Source of the DNA: a virus
IMG/VR virus record: IMGVR_UViG_3300044716_000973
Span: 9,120 to 73,119 of that record
DNA: 64,000 nucleotides
Reading direction: 5' to 3' (one strand)
The notes under the pieces are model-generated. The model was not told where the DNA came from, ran no database searches, and worked only from the letters and a program-made list of their open reading frames with translations. Positions 35,126-46,997 of the stretch are shown here, piece after piece. Position numbers and translations under genes: made by a program. How positions within the stretch are numbered: the first letter of the stretch is position 1; every line of letters begins with the position of its first letter.

Positions 35126-38100
35126 ATGGCTCTGCAAACAGACCTAAACGTATTTCCATATTACGACGACTACGATCCGACAAAGAACTTTTATCGTGTT
35201 CTTTTCCGTCCAGGCGTAGCTGTTCAGGCACGTGAGCTGAATCAACTCCAGAGTATTCTGCAAAACCAAGTTGAGAAGTTTGGCGATAACATCTTTAAGC
35301 GTGGTACAATCATTGAAGGTTGTAACATTATTCGCCACGATGTTCTTCCTTATGTAAAGATTAAAGACACAGAAGCCGATGGAACACCTATTTCTGTTAC
35401 TGCTTTTGAAGGCATGTCTGTACGTAACAGTTCAAACGTAGCTGGACATATTGTGAAGACCGTTGCTGGATTCGAATCACGTTCTCCAGATCTAAATACT
35501 CTTTATGTAAAATACAATTCATCTGGTTCAGATTCGAATACATTTACATTTGCTGCAGGTCAAACTCTTACTGTATATAGCCCACTCTATCCAATCTTTA
35601 AGACACGAGTAAATAACGGTTCAACGTTGTTTAGTAATACTGATGGTGTAGTAGTTGTTTCAGCTCTTGCTGTACAAAACTCAACCGGTGGTAAAACATT
35701 CGCACCCGGTTCATTTTCAGCAGGCCATACAATTCAAAACGGTGTAGCCAATCTTGTTATTATATCAACAGATGCTACTACAAATACAGAAGCTCTTATT
35801 CTAAAAGTTAGACCGTATGCAAACAATCTTGCTGACGGTACTGCTAATACTACATTATGGCGTGTTGGTGTTGGTGAAACCATTCGCAACACAACTGCGC
35901 CATTTGCTACTGCAAACGTTGTAGCACTAATTGGTACAGGTGCAGCTGGATCTCTAGTAACAGATGCTTCACGTAAAATCACTTCGATCTCTGTTACCAG
36001 TCAGGGTACAGGATATTATGTACCACCACACGTAACAGTAATGAAGCAATCTACATCAGCTCTGTCTGCGACAGAAATTGGTGATCTAGATGTTGAAGCT
36101 CTTAACTACATGGCAACAATTACTGTTGCAAACACAGCACAAATTCCAATTGGTACTGGTTACGGTGTAACTGTTGATGAAGGTACTATTTACCAGAAGG
36201 GATTCTTCTCCAGAGTATCTCCACAGCTAGCAGTTGTAAGTAAGTATTCCAACACGAACTTTGATAAGTCAGTTGGATTCTATACTGCAGAGGATATTAT
36301 TGATAGCAATGAAGATACATCACTTCTTGATAACGCTACTGGCACTTATAACTACGCAGCTCCTGGTGCTGATCGTCTTAAGCTAACTCCAGAACTTCGC
36401 GTTCTTGATAAGGAAGTTGCAGATGCAAATACTGACTTCCTTCCAATCATCGAGTTTGCTGATGGTCGTCCATATAAGAAGAACCTAACAACTGTATATA
36501 ATGTAATTGGCAACGAGATTGCTAAAAGAACATATGAAGAATCTGGTAACTATGTTCTAGATCAGTTCATTGTAAATGTAAGCGATTCTAAGACTTTCTC
36601 TGAAACAGAGACTTCATTTAAAATGGCAGTTGATCCGGGTAAAGCTTATATCAATGGCTTCAGAGTTGAAACAGGTGAATATAGCACAAGCATTGCTAAG
36701 GGTGTTGCAACATCAAATAATCCTGCCGCAAGAATTCGTCTTGGATACGGCAACTATGTTCGTGTAAAAGAACTTGGCGGAAACTTTTCTTTCAATGAAG
36801 GTGCCAAAGTTGATCTTCAAGGATCTGCTGCTACGTACATTACAACCGGTGTACCAGCCGGTAGTGCAATTGCTGCTCCAGGAACAAAGCTCGGAGAAGC
36901 AAGAATTCGTTCTATCACACTTGAAACAGGTGAAGTTGGATCGCCGAATGCTGTATATAGACTCTATCTTTTTGATGTTGTCATGGAAGCCGGCAAAAAC
37001 TTTGGTCTTGTTCGCTCAATATATTACGGTGGAACAAACAAGGGTATTGCTGACGTAGTACTAAGTGATAGTGGTGCAGCTATTCTAGAAGATTCGGCTG
37101 GTACTTCTCTACTATATAGTTCTGTTCCTGCTATGCAAACAGCAGAAAGAATTACATACACATATAGAACCATTAATAGTGAAGAAGAAGCACTTACAAA
37201 CGGCGAAATCACATTAAATCTTGGGTCGGGTGAAACTTTCCCGTATACTGGAGTTCTTGGCGATTCAGCAAAGAAAGAACTGCTAGTTATTCCTAAAGGA
37301 AACTATCAGGCACAAGCAAACGCATCAGGAACAATTTCTATTGGTGCCGGTGCTGACACCGCAAATCTTCAAGTTGCTGGTGCAGGTGGTACTAACTTCT
37401 TAAATGTGTTTAGTGCTGGCGACTTTGTTAAGTTCTTGAACAGCTCGGGCGGTAATGAAGTTATTAGACAAGTTGCTCAGGTAACTGGTGCGTCTTCAAT
37501 GATTCTTACTTCGGGTCCTGGTCAAACATATTCTGGCGGTTCAGTAAAGCTTTACTATCCAGCCAATGTTCCAATTTCGCTAACTAGCAAAATAACTCGC
37601 ACAGCAACTGTTACATCGCCAAGCACTATGGTTATTGCTCTAGCAAATACCATTGCTAATGCGAGTACCGGAAGTTCTACATCTGCTGACATGATGGTTG
37701 TCTATAATGCAACTAGAAATAATATTGCATCAGCAGTAAAAGTCGTAACTCGCTCAATTTATACACGTGCTGTTTGTTCAAATAATGCTGGTGGTACTCG
37801 TGGCCCTTGGGCACTTGGTGTTTCTGATGCTTTCCGTCTAAGAAAAGTATATGTAGCAAATGGCCAGTCAAGAGCTCTGAACTTCAATGCTAATACTGGC
37901 ATCATAAACTCTGGTACTCAAACTGCGTTTATTCAGATATCCAACAACCCATTTGCAAATGGTGATTCGGTAGTCTACGCTGATAGTACAACAACAGTTA
38001 CCAACCTTACAGATGCTGAAACATACTATGCCGTATACGCTAATACAAGCGGTATGGCTCTTGCTTCTGCTCGTGGTGGAGCAAATATCCAACTAGGAGC

Positions 38101-40450
38101 AACTACAACATCAGAAAACCACACACTTACAGGCCAACCAGTATTCTTTACTGGAAATACCTATGGTGTATCTGATGTTACGAACGACTTCTACATTGAT
38201 ATTAATCAAAAGGAAGACTATCTAGATACTTCTTATCTATATAGAAAACCTCGTGCAGCTGAACTTGTATCGAATGATATTCTACTTGTACAGTATGATG
38301 TGTTTACCGGCGGTGAGGCAGGTGTTAAAACTATCAGTTCTTATACAGTCGATGACTCATTAGACTTTGCAGCGCTATCTGCTTCTGAAAGTGTGCACAC
38401 AATGGAAATCCCAGAAGTTCTGGGAACCAGCGGCAAGTACTATGATCTGCGTGATCAGTATGACTTCCGTCCACGCTCTGCAAATACAATTAAACTGGTT
38501 ACAGACATTTCTAATGTGCCAGCTGGAGCAAATGCTCTATCTATTATTAATCCATCTGAACCAAGTTCTTCAAATCGATTCATAGCAGGTGAAAAATATT
38601 TCCCTGTGCCAGATACAGATCTAACTGCTAACATTGTATATTGTCTAGGCAGATCAGATCGTGTTGTTGTAGATAGCAACGGAGACTTTGTTGTTCGTGC
38701 TGGTAAGAATGGCGCACAGGATGAAATTCCACCAGAGCCACAAAACAGCATTACACTGCAAATTCTTAAGATTCCACCTTATCCTTCTCTGCCAGAATCA
38801 AAATCTGCAGACATGGCTAAGATTATTGATACTAAGGTTGCTAACGAATCATTCGGAAGAAGAGTTAAGAACTATACCGTAACTCAACTTATTAGTGCAA
38901 CTGATCGTTCACGTATCCAAGTCAAGGGATACAAGATGACTGATATCGCTTCTCTTGAGAATCGTATCAAAACTCTTGAATACTACGTATCATTTACGTT
39001 GGCTGAAGCTCTTGCAAAAGCAAGATATATTCCTTCGTCACTTGACTCACTAAACGATCGCTTCCGCTTCGGTTTCTTTGTAGATCCATTTACAGATTAT
39101 AACTATTCTGATCTTGGAAATCCTGAGTACTATGGTACAATTAAGGAAGATCAACTTGGTCCTAAGCTAACCGAACTGAATCTTGAATTCAAACCAGAAG
39201 ACAATTCAACTGGTATTGTAACTCTTCCATACAATGAATTCACAATCGTGGCTCAAAATGATGCTACCGATGGTGCTGTGATTACATCTGGACCAGTTGA
39301 AGTTCTAGTAGTTACTCAGAAAACTGAAGTTGCTATTCAGTCTCAGCGTAGTACAGCTCGCAGCGACAACGGCTCGGTATATGAAGAATTCTTCTATACA
39401 TTCAGCAGTCTAACAGGACCTGTTGAATTCTATGTTAATAGCCGTGATAATAACATAGCTCTTGAAGTATTCCAGTCAACAACTTCTGGTGGTACTTATG
39501 TTACGACATATACATCAGCAGCTGCCGAAACAATTACAAATGCTGATATCTCTACCAAGGGTCTTAGCATTCTAAACGATGGCAGAAAGATCGAAAACCC
39601 AGGTTCTATAACACGTAAGTCTTATGGACCAGTTGGTGGTTTCGTTGAAGATAAGTTTAAGCTTCTTTGGACACACAATCCAAACGATGGTATTTACTAT
39701 AAGCTTCGTGTTTATAAGGGTAAGAACCATGGTGGCCAAGGAAAATCTGGAACTTATGGATTTAAGCTTTATTATCCGTCGGATGTGGTAACTACTGAAA
39801 CACGTATCGTTCCAAATCCTGCGAACTTTGATTACACTGGTGTTGTTCATACAATTTCACCAGCTGAATTCACAATCACTCTGTCAACAAACTATATGAA
39901 TGATATCTTTGGCTCGGTTGCAATTGGTGAGTTTATCTCTGATGCACAGAAATTCTCAATTTCTATTACGGGTCTGAAGCCAAATACATATCACAAGTTT
40001 ATGTTTGAAGGCGAAGATCAGACATCGAAGTGCGCACAGTCAAGAACGTCGACCACAAATACAACCGGTCTTCTGGCAGATATGAATGGTACTCTAAACT
40101 TTGATTTCTACTATGATGCAGGAATCAACGAAGCTACTACTGATCTTGAGCAACAGAATAAGCTTGCTGCATCGAAAGCTGGTGTGAAGGTATTTACAGT
40201 TCAGTCGTACGATGGTAACTCGAAGACAACAGGATCTATTGGTGTTAAATACTACACAGGCCTACCATTTGGATTCGATCAACCAATCACACTGAATACA
40301 TCACAAACTGCTACACAAGCTGCTACATCAGATAGAGCAACTACATCAGCAATTCCTGCTGGATTTAGTTCACAATCAATTCATGACGCTATTGATAACA
40401 ATAACGTTCGTATTTTTGATTGGGATACTGTGAATGAGCGTCTTCGCTAA
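35126..40450 (+). CDS. Large virion structural protein, DUF4815/VrlC-like N-terminal part
   Basis: LNVFPYYDDYD...VLFRPGVAVQARELNQLQSILQNQ, APGADRLK, RTYEESGNY, PGKAYINGFRV and LENRIKTLEYY. Confidence 0.8.
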   Translation: MALQTDLNVFPYYDDYDPTKNFYRVLFRPGVAVQARELNQLQSILQNQVEKFGDNIFKRGTIIEGCNIIRHDVLPYVKIKDTEADGTPISVTAFEGMSVRNSSNVAGHIVKTVAGFESRSPDLNTLYVKYNSSGSDSNTFTFAAGQTLTVYSPLYPIFKTRVNNGSTLFSNTDGVVVVSALAVQNSTGGKTFAPGSFSAGHTIQNGVANLVIISTDATTNTEALILKVRPYANNLADGTANTTLWRVGVGETIRNTTAPFATANVVALIGTGAAGSLVTDASRKITSISVTSQGTGYYVPPHVTVMKQSTSALSATEIGDLDVEALNYMATITVANTAQIPIGTGYGVTVDEGTIYQKGFFSRVSPQLAVVSKYSNTNFDKSVGFYTAEDIIDSNEDTSLLDNATGTYNYAAPGADRLKLTPELRVLDKEVADANTDFLPIIEFADGRPYKKNLTTVYNVIGNEIAKRTYEESGNYVLDQFIVNVSDSKTFSETETSFKMAVDPGKAYINGFRVETGEYSTSIAKGVATSNNPAARIRLGYGNYVRVKELGGNFSFNEGAKVDLQGSAATYITTGVPAGSAIAAPGTKLGEARIRSITLETGEVGSPNAVYRLYLFDVVMEAGKNFGLVRSIYYGGTNKGIADVVLSDSGAAILEDSAGTSLLYSSVPAMQTAERITYTYRTINSEEEALTNGEITLNLGSGETFPYTGVLGDSAKKELLVIPKGNYQAQANASGTISIGAGADTANLQVAGAGGTNFLNVFSAGDFVKFLNSSGGNEVIRQVAQVTGASSMILTSGPGQTYSGGSVKLYYPANVPISLTSKITRTATVTSPSTMVIALANTIANASTGSSTSADMMVVYNATRNNIASAVKVVTRSIYTRAVCSNNAGGTRGPWALGVSDAFRLRKVYVANGQSRALNFNANTGIINSGTQTAFIQISNNPFANGDSVVYADSTTTVTNLTDAETYYAVYANTSGMALASARGGANIQLGATTTSENHTLTGQPVFFTGNTYGVSDVTNDFYIDINQKEDYLDTSYLYRKPRAAELVSNDILLVQYDVFTGGEAGVKTISSYTVDDSLDFAALSASESVHTMEIPEVLGTSGKYYDLRDQYDFRPRSANTIKLVTDISNVPAGANALSIINPSEPSSSNRFIAGEKYFPVPDTDLTANIVYCLGRSDRVVVDSNGDFVVRAGKNGAQDEIPPEPQNSITLQILKIPPYPSLPESKSADMAKIIDTKVANESFGRRVKNYTVTQLISATDRSRIQVKGYKMTDIASLENRIKTLEYYVSFTLAEALAKARYIPSSLDSLNDRFRFGFFVDPFTDYNYSDLGNPEYYGTIKEDQLGPKLTELNLEFKPEDNSTGIVTLPYNEFTIVAQNDATDGAVITSGPVEVLVVTQKTEVAIQSQRSTARSDNGSVYEEFFYTFSSLTGPVEFYVNSRDNNIALEVFQSTTSGGTYVTTYTSAAAETITNADISTKGLSILNDGRKIENPGSITRKSYGPVGGFVEDKFKLLWTHNPNDGIYYKLRVYKGKNHGGQGKSGTYGFKLYYPSDVVTTETRIVPNPANFDYTGVVHTISPAEFTITLSTNYMNDIFGSVAIGEFISDAQKFSISITGLKPNTYHKFMFEGEDQTSKCAQSRTSTTNTTGLLADMNGTLNFDFYYDAGINEATTDLEQQNKLAASKAGVKVFTVQSYDGNSKTTGSIGVKYYTGLPFGFDQPITLNTSQTATQAATSDRATTSAIPAGFSSQSIHDAIDNNNVRIFDWDTVNERLR

Positions 40451-40481
40451 GAATAAATAAAGAAAAGATTAAGAGGAATTA

Positions 40482-42590
40482 ATGTCGACATTTGACTACA
40501 TCCAAACATTCTATGTAAATCCTGATACGGTTGCTAGCGCTTCTGAAATCATGTTGACTTCCGTAGATCTATTCTTTAAGGCTAAGCCTGCGCAAAATGC
40601 AAACGTGAGTGGTGCTTTTAAACCAGGCATCAACGTTTGGATTTGCGAAGTAGAAAACGGAGATCCTAATCCGAATCGCGTGCTTGTGAATTCGGTAAAA
40701 TCAATCGACTATGATTCTGTTAACATTAGTAATGATGCACAGACACCAACGGTTGTTGGATTTTCAAATCCAGTTTTAATTAAATCTGCACGGTTCTATG
40801 GCATTGTTATTAAGTATAACGATCCAGCATATGACATCTGGACCAATGTTCAGGGAGATAGACTGGTAGGAGCAGGCGGTGTAACTAATACTGCTTCACC
40901 AGGTTCACAGTCACGCTTTGATGGTTTCCTTTATAAGGCAACTAATTCAAGTAGCTATGACAAGTTTAGTAATAAAGATCTTAAGTTCAGTGTAAAGGTT
41001 GCACAATTTAATTCTGATAATATTACTATTCCACTTGTGAATAAAGACTATGAGTTCTTTACAATTGATCGAACAACAGTTGGAGCTATTGCAAGCGGCG
41101 AATATGTTTATCAAAACATTGCAGATGCTGCTGATATTACAGTTAACGTTTCTTCAACAAGCAATACAATTGTAAGAGCATCTGGAACTGGAGTATTCTC
41201 CAACTATAGCATCAATGATAAAATTGTAGTTACTAACGGTTCAGTAAGAAATGTTCTTACAATTACAAACGTTATTGATGCTACTACTATGACTGTTGAT
41301 AAATTCCCAAGCTTTACTGCTACTGGAATTGGACTTAAAGTTCCACCAGTCGGTGTTGCATATTATGTCGACTACACCAAGAATAAGATTTATCTTGTTG
41401 ATTCTAATGCCGCAAATAGTGATTTTAAGTTTGTCACTGGTACAAGAATTATTGCAGAAAGATCTGGTGCTTCGGCAAACGTAGCTTCAATTGATAAATT
41501 CAAAGTTGATAACTTTCAACCGAAGTTCCTGATTGGTAATCCTACAACATCTGACTACTCGATGGTGTATGCAATTGCTAACTCTACAGATTACATACCT
41601 GCAACGACAGACAATCTTGAGCTTTTGAAGTTTAATAATCCTCCAAGAGAATCATACATTCTTTCACGATCACTTGAAGTAATCAACTCGAATCTGTTCG
41701 GTACCGAAAGAAAGTCAGCAGTTGTTAACGTAAGCTTTAATGTTGCGGTTGCTGAAGCAAATAGATTCTCTGTTCCTTATCTAAAGACGAACGAGCTTGA
41801 TTTCTTCTTCTATCAAAATGATATCAATAATACCATTACTGCAACACGTGGCAGTATTACGAATTATGATACAGAAGTTGATCGCAACGGTCTTGCTAAA
41901 ACCAAGTACATCTCTAAGAAGATCTCATTTGGTGAAGGTAAGTATGCTGAAGACGTTGTAGTTTATCTGGCTGGTTATCGTCCATCTGGTACTCAGATTA
42001 AAGCTTATGCCAAGTTGCATAATTCTGCTGATAAAGATGCATTTGATGACAAAGCATGGACTCCGCTAGAGCTAAAGAATAATACTGATAGATACAGCAC
42101 AGAAGATCCAAAGGATATCTGGGAATACACTTATGGTCTTCCACAATATCCTGAAGTTCATGCTAGTTTATCTGGCAACTTCTTGACAACAAGCAGCAGT
42201 AACAATATCGTTACAACAGCTGATGTATCTTCAACTCTTGCAACTGGCGATCTAATCAGAATATACAGTATTCTTACTCCACAGAATCATGAAGTGTTTC
42301 CAGTAGCTACTGTAACGGCGCCGGCATCTCCAGGTGCAACCGGCTCCATCACCGTCTTTAAACCAATTACAAATGCTAATATTGTAGGTGATGTTGGTAT
42401 TGAGAAGCTAAAATACAAGAACGTTGCTTGGAATAATATTGCCAACGATAACGTTGCTCGCTATGTAACTTCTTCTTATACAGAGTTTGATACGTATAAC
42501 ACAATGCAGATTAAGATTGTTCTTCTTTCTGAGAACACTCACGTTGTTCCGAAGGTAGAGCAAATCCAAGTGATTGGAGTCTCTGCATAA
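40482..42590 (+). CDS. Virion structural protein, VrlC-like C-terminal part
   Basis: QTFYV...LTSVDLFFKAKP, DLKF, KYISKKI and QIKIVLLS...VPKV. Confidence 0.65.
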   Translation: MSTFDYIQTFYVNPDTVASASEIMLTSVDLFFKAKPAQNANVSGAFKPGINVWICEVENGDPNPNRVLVNSVKSIDYDSVNISNDAQTPTVVGFSNPVLIKSARFYGIVIKYNDPAYDIWTNVQGDRLVGAGGVTNTASPGSQSRFDGFLYKATNSSSYDKFSNKDLKFSVKVAQFNSDNITIPLVNKDYEFFTIDRTTVGAIASGEYVYQNIADAADITVNVSSTSNTIVRASGTGVFSNYSINDKIVVTNGSVRNVLTITNVIDATTMTVDKFPSFTATGIGLKVPPVGVAYYVDYTKNKIYLVDSNAANSDFKFVTGTRIIAERSGASANVASIDKFKVDNFQPKFLIGNPTTSDYSMVYAIANSTDYIPATTDNLELLKFNNPPRESYILSRSLEVINSNLFGTERKSAVVNVSFNVAVAEANRFSVPYLKTNELDFFFYQNDINNTITATRGSITNYDTEVDRNGLAKTKYISKKISFGEGKYAEDVVVYLAGYRPSGTQIKAYAKLHNSADKDAFDDKAWTPLELKNNTDRYSTEDPKDIWEYTYGLPQYPEVHASLSGNFLTTSSSNNIVTTADVSSTLATGDLIRIYSILTPQNHEVFPVATVTAPASPGATGSITVFKPITNANIVGDVGIEKLKYKNVAWNNIANDNVARYVTSSYTEFDTYNTMQIKIVLLSENTHVVPKVEQIQVIGVSA

Positions 42591-42799
42591 TGTTAGTTGA
42601 TACAAATCATCCAGGGTATGTAAAAGATACTGACTCTGGCGTTATCATAAATAACAATGAAGAAGAATATAAGAAGTTCTTAGCTGCAAGAGAAGCAAGC
42701 AAAAGAAACAACAGTTTGTGCAAGAGAATGACTGATGTTGAAAATGAATTACGTGATATCAAGTCTTTGCTCGTGCAGTTAGTACACAGGAATAATTAA
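42590..42799 (+). CDS. Small conserved hypothetical protein
   Basis: KDTDSGVIINNN plus a coiled coil; coupled on both sides (TAATG). Confidence 0.7.
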   Translation: MLVDTNHPGYVKDTDSGVIINNNEEEYKKFLAAREASKRNNSLCKRMTDVENELRDIKSLLVQLVHRNN

Positions 42800-45111
42800 T
42801 GTCAAGACAAGTAGCTAACGTTGATATCATTACTGATAGCTTTGAAGTTTGGTTGCTCCAGACTAACGAGCTGCTGAATTCTTTTTCGACCGAAATTATT
42901 ACTGCAAACACTACTGTTGCTAACACCGGTAATAATACTATTGCTCGTACCGCTCAGCTTTGGGGTACATTCGGTTCGAATAACGTTGTAGTTACTACGG
43001 CGCTTCGTGGTGGTAATGTTAATGGTCTTTCTGCTAACCTTGTCATCACTACTAATGCTACAGCTTACGTTGCTGCAGACGCCGGTATTCGTGTTCTTGC
43101 CGGAAACAGCACCTCGAACAGCTACCTGAATCCAGTTGGTGTTTACCTTGGCTTAGGATCTGCTAATTCCTTTGTAAACAGTAGTCTGATTATAACACAA
43201 TCTAGCAGTACTGTCAACACGAATATTACACCAACACGCATTCAAGTTGCAGATGCTACAACCACAGCAAACATGACTGCGAACGCTTTTAGTACTGGTC
43301 TGTTTGTTGCCAATACTACTATGGTAGCCATTGGTGCAAATGTCTTTGCAAATGCTACAACGATAGTTGTTGCCAACAGTTCATTCGACAGTAAGTTTGG
43401 TAACGGTTCTTGGTCTGGTATTGCTAATCTAGTAATTACACCAACCAACTACCTGATAATTTCTGGTGCTGCTAATGTAACATCAAATGCTAACTTTGCA
43501 AATACGATTGTTGTAACTGGTAATGCTACATTATCCAATACACTAGCTGTAACAGGCAACGTTACATTATCGAACACTCTAGCCATAACTGGCAATGCTA
43601 CTTTGTCAAACACTATTGCTGTGACAGGTAATGCTACATTCTCAAATGCCGTTGCTATCACAGGTAATGCTACATTCTCAAACACAATTGCTGTTACTGG
43701 CAATGCCACATTATCCAACACACTAACAGTAGTTGGTCTAGCAAATGCTTCTGGCAATGTAAATACAACAACAGTGAATGCAAACGTTTCGATGAATGTC
43801 GGCGCTAACGTAAATCTTTCAAATACAAGAATTACGGTAGGTACCGGTAGTGTTAATACATTCATTACAGCCACTGCAATCGAAACCGATGGTACATTAA
43901 CAGTTGCTGATGCTGCTACATTATCTAATACATTGGCGGTTACTAATACTACAACACTATCAAATACACTAACTGTTGCCGGTCTTGCATCACTAAATGC
44001 TGCACTAAATACCACAACTGCAAATGCTTCTGTCGCTGTGAATGTTGGCGCCAATGTCAATCTTACATTAGATAGATTTAATGTTGGCAATAATAGTGTT
44101 AATACATTCATTACAGCCACTGCGATCGAGACAGACGGCACACTTACCGTTTTTGGTGCTACTGCATTATCTAACACACTTGGTGTAACCGGTCTAACCA
44201 CTCTTTCTGGTAACCTAAACACTACAACAGCAAATGCTTCGGTTGGAATCAATGTTGGTGCTAACGTAAATCTTTCAAATACAAGAATTACAGTCGGTAC
44301 TAGTTCTGAGAATACGTTCATTACAGCTACCGGTATTGAAACTGATGGTACTCTATCGGTTGCTAATACTACAACACTATCAAATACGTTGAGTGTAACT
44401 GGTGCAGCTACATTCTCAAACACTATTAGTGTAACAAATACCGCTACGTTCTCAAATACGATTACGGTTACCGGCGCAGCCAGCTTTGGAAACACAATTG
44501 CTGTAACTAATTCTGCTACACTATCAAATACACTGGGTGTAACCGGATTAAGTACTCTTTCTGGTGGCATGAATACCACGACAGCAAATGCATCAGTTGC
44601 AATGAATGTTGGTGCCAATGTTAATCTTACATTAACAAGAATTACAGTAGGTACCGGCAGTGTTAATACATTCATTACATCCACTGCAATTGAAACTGAT
44701 GGAACCCTTGGTGTTCTTGGTGCAACAACACTATCAAACACTGTTACAATTGGTGGAACTACTACATTCAAATCAGATTATGTAGTTGATGTATCTGCAA
44801 ATGGTGATATTGGAAACGTAATTGGACCAGTGCTAATCTATACATTCACTAAAGCAACATATTCATCGGCCAAGTTTGAAGTTCAAGTAAAGAAAGGTAG
44901 TAACACCCAGCTTTCTGAACTTGTGCTTGCTCATAATGGTACCACCGATGCATATGTGACTGTCTATGGTACAGTTGCTTCAAATGGTGCCGCATCTCCT
45001 CTTGGAACATTTGTAGCAAATACTGGTTCTTCAGATACCAATGTGAATTTATATCTTCAACAAACCGTTGCAAATTCCGCGGTTAAAGTTATAGCTCATC
45101 TAATTAAGTAA
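42799..45111 (+). CDS. Fibre-like structural protein with Asn/Thr-rich beta repeats
   Basis: [12 protein letters not shown]-terminus, 12-aa and about 70-aa repeats, C-terminal YSSAKFEVQ...SELVLAHNG domain. Confidence 0.75.
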   Translation: MSRQVANVDIITDSFEVWLLQTNELLNSFSTEIITANTTVANTGNNTIARTAQLWGTFGSNNVVVTTALRGGNVNGLSANLVITTNATAYVAADAGIRVLAGNSTSNSYLNPVGVYLGLGSANSFVNSSLIITQSSSTVNTNITPTRIQVADATTTANMTANAFSTGLFVANTTMVAIGANVFANATTIVVANSSFDSKFGNGSWSGIANLVITPTNYLIISGAANVTSNANFANTIVVTGNATLSNTLAVTGNVTLSNTLAITGNATLSNTIAVTGNATFSNAVAITGNATFSNTIAVTGNATLSNTLTVVGLANASGNVNTTTVNANVSMNVGANVNLSNTRITVGTGSVNTFITATAIETDGTLTVADAATLSNTLAVTNTTTLSNTLTVAGLASLNAALNTTTANASVAVNVGANVNLTLDRFNVGNNSVNTFITATAIETDGTLTVFGATALSNTLGVTGLTTLSGNLNTTTANASVGINVGANVNLSNTRITVGTSSENTFITATGIETDGTLSVANTTTLSNTLSVTGAATFSNTISVTNTATFSNTITVTGAASFGNTIAVTNSATLSNTLGVTGLSTLSGGMNTTTANASVAMNVGANVNLTLTRITVGTGSVNTFITSTAIETDGTLGVLGATTLSNTVTIGGTTTFKSDYVVDVSANGDIGNVIGPVLIYTFTKATYSSAKFEVQVKKGSNTQLSELVLAHNGTTDAYVTVYGTVASNGAASPLGTFVANTGSSDTNVNLYLQQTVANSAVKVIAHLIK
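43501..43716 (+). repeat. Six tandem 36-nt (12-aa) units, NT[IL]AVTGNAT[LF]S
   Basis: Direct reading of the translation; synonymously diverged DNA. Confidence 0.85.
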
Positions 45112-45118
45112 GGTTGAC

Positions 45119-46420
45119 ATGGCAAACACTAATTTTAAAGTAGATAATGGATTATTAGTAAACGGTGATTCTACATTTACTTCAAATGTAGAAATTACAC
45201 AGCACATGAGAATTCGTCAGACTCTCGCAGTCAACGGTTCGCTAGAGGTTGTAGGAAACCTTACATTTAGTAATACAGAGATCAGCGGTGAGTTGATCCC
45301 GAATGCAAATGGTGTCCTACTTGGTAATACAACGAGAACATTCACGGTATCTGCCGACAATCTAAGTCTTTCAAACTCTATTATTAATGCCAACGGAACA
45401 ACAATTAATATTCGTGCCGGTGATGGTATTATTGCAAACGCAACAGGTTTGATTGTAAACGCTACTTCTATCTCTAATGGTATTTTGAACATTGGTCAAG
45501 GTGGCACAAATGGATCAACACGTGCCGCTGCCATAAACAATCTTCTTCCAGCTCAAGGCAGTGCAACCGGGTTCTTCCTAAGAACAGATGGTACCAACGT
45601 ATCATGGATAAGCGGCATTGGACCACAGGGTGCTACTGGGGCTCAAGGTCCGACTGGCGCCCAAGGACCGGTTGGCGCACAGGGACCAATTGGCTTTACA
45701 GGATCACAAGGTGCTACTGGAGCTCAAGGAGCTCAGGGCCCATCTGGTGCTACAGTTCAAGGTCCGGCTGGCGCTACTGTTCAGGGTCCAGTAGGATTTA
45801 CAGGATCACAAGGTATCACTGGAGCACAAGGACCTTCTGGGGCTACTGTACAAGGTCCTCCCGGTGTTACTGTTCAGGGTCCAGTAGGATTTGTCGGATC
45901 TACCGGACCAATGGGTCCAATGGGACCAACAGGTCCTCAAGGCTCTACAGGACCAATGGGTCCAATCGGACCAATGGGACCAACAGGTCCTCAAGGTGCA
46001 ATAGGTCCTATGGGTCCAATAGGTCCACAAGGTCCAGCAGGCGCAACAGTTCAAGGTCCTCCTGGTGCTACGGTTCAAGGACCGACTGGACCACAAGGAC
46101 CTTCTGGTTCTACCGTGCAAGGACCAGCCGGACCTCCAGGACCTCCAGGATCTACTGTTCAGGGTCCCGCAGGACCTCCAGGCGCTACTGTTCAAGGTCC
46201 AGCTGGACCTCCTGGTGCTACTGTGCAAGGACCTGCTGGTCCTCCTGGTGCTACTGTACAAGGACCTGCTGGACCTCCAGGACCTCCAGGAAGTAATGCG
46301 ACAGCGGGCGCGCCACTTCTGCGTCACGTAACATCAGGTTATACTGGCGGTGGACAGGTGTTTGTGCAGGGTCCACAACCATCAGCATCAGCAACTGGCG
46401 ATATCTGGATTCAAATCTAA
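45119..46420 (+). CDS. Collagen-like fibre protein
   Basis: Gly-X-Y tract at about 45619-46290 with recurrent GATVQGP interruptions; ends GDIWIQI. Confidence 0.85.
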   Translation: MANTNFKVDNGLLVNGDSTFTSNVEITQHMRIRQTLAVNGSLEVVGNLTFSNTEISGELIPNANGVLLGNTTRTFTVSADNLSLSNSIINANGTTINIRAGDGIIANATGLIVNATSISNGILNIGQGGTNGSTRAAAINNLLPAQGSATGFFLRTDGTNVSWISGIGPQGATGAQGPTGAQGPVGAQGPIGFTGSQGATGAQGAQGPSGATVQGPAGATVQGPVGFTGSQGITGAQGPSGATVQGPPGVTVQGPVGFVGSTGPMGPMGPTGPQGSTGPMGPIGPMGPTGPQGAIGPMGPIGPQGPAGATVQGPPGATVQGPTGPQGPSGSTVQGPAGPPGPPGSTVQGPAGPPGATVQGPAGPPGATVQGPAGPPGATVQGPAGPPGPPGSNATAGAPLLRHVTSGYTGGGQVFVQGPQPSASATGDIWIQI

Positions 46421-46986
46421 TGGCAATGCACTATTGGAACGGATCATCATGGGCAATAGTTAATAACTCAAATACTGGTGATCTTACGTATGAAGATGCT
46501 GGCGCGGTTTTTCGTATTTGGAATGGTTCAGAATGGTTATATACAACCAACGCTAAAGTTTATAATGGAAGTACTTGGAAGGGGTTTGTCGACCAGGTTC
46601 AATTAAGTAACGATGGTGCGTCAAATGTTACTTATGGCGGTGGGGCTGAAGCTTATTGGGCTATATACTCTTCGGGATCTGTGATTTATAGCCAAGATAA
46701 TTCTTATTGGGATTATCCATGGATTGTAAACCCAGCTAATTCAAATCAGTACCAGATTTATGTAGATTTTCAGAGCGGGGAACCTTTAGAAAATACAAGC
46801 GATCCTCTAAATCAATGGTTAGATCTTAGCACTACTCGTGTTTGGAGAGTTTTTGCGAATGAGTTTAATTCGTCAGCTTTTGCAATTCTTAATGCAGAAA
46901 TTCGTCATAAAACAACTCAAGTATCAGTTGCAACTAATCAATTTACCTTATACGCAACAACAACAGGAATCCCGGTTCCTCAATAA
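46420..46986 (+). CDS. Hypothetical protein, probable fibre tip or partner
   Basis: Three [WY]NGS.W repeats at the N-terminus; coupled to the collagen gene. Confidence 0.6.
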   Translation: MAMHYWNGSSWAIVNNSNTGDLTYEDAGAVFRIWNGSEWLYTTNAKVYNGSTWKGFVDQVQLSNDGASNVTYGGGAEAYWAIYSSGSVIYSQDNSYWDYPWIVNPANSNQYQIYVDFQSGEPLENTSDPLNQWLDLSTTRVWRVFANEFNSSAFAILNAEIRHKTTQVSVATNQFTLYATTTGIPVPQ

Positions 46987-46997
46987 GAGAATAACAA

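Noticed and set aside
43449-44771. 440-aa minus-strand ORF
   Set aside because: Antisense shadow of the repetitive Asn/Thr/Val/Ala fibre gene; it mirrors the repeats and has no independent signals.
45113-45118. TTGACA just before the collagen gene
   Set aside because: It directly abuts the ATG with no properly placed -10 for this gene; probably coincidental with the SD region.
45604-46331. Alternative-frame and antisense ORFs over collagen tracts (also 53209-53982 and 61333-61947)
   Set aside because: Stop-poor by-products of Gly-X-Y codon repeats.
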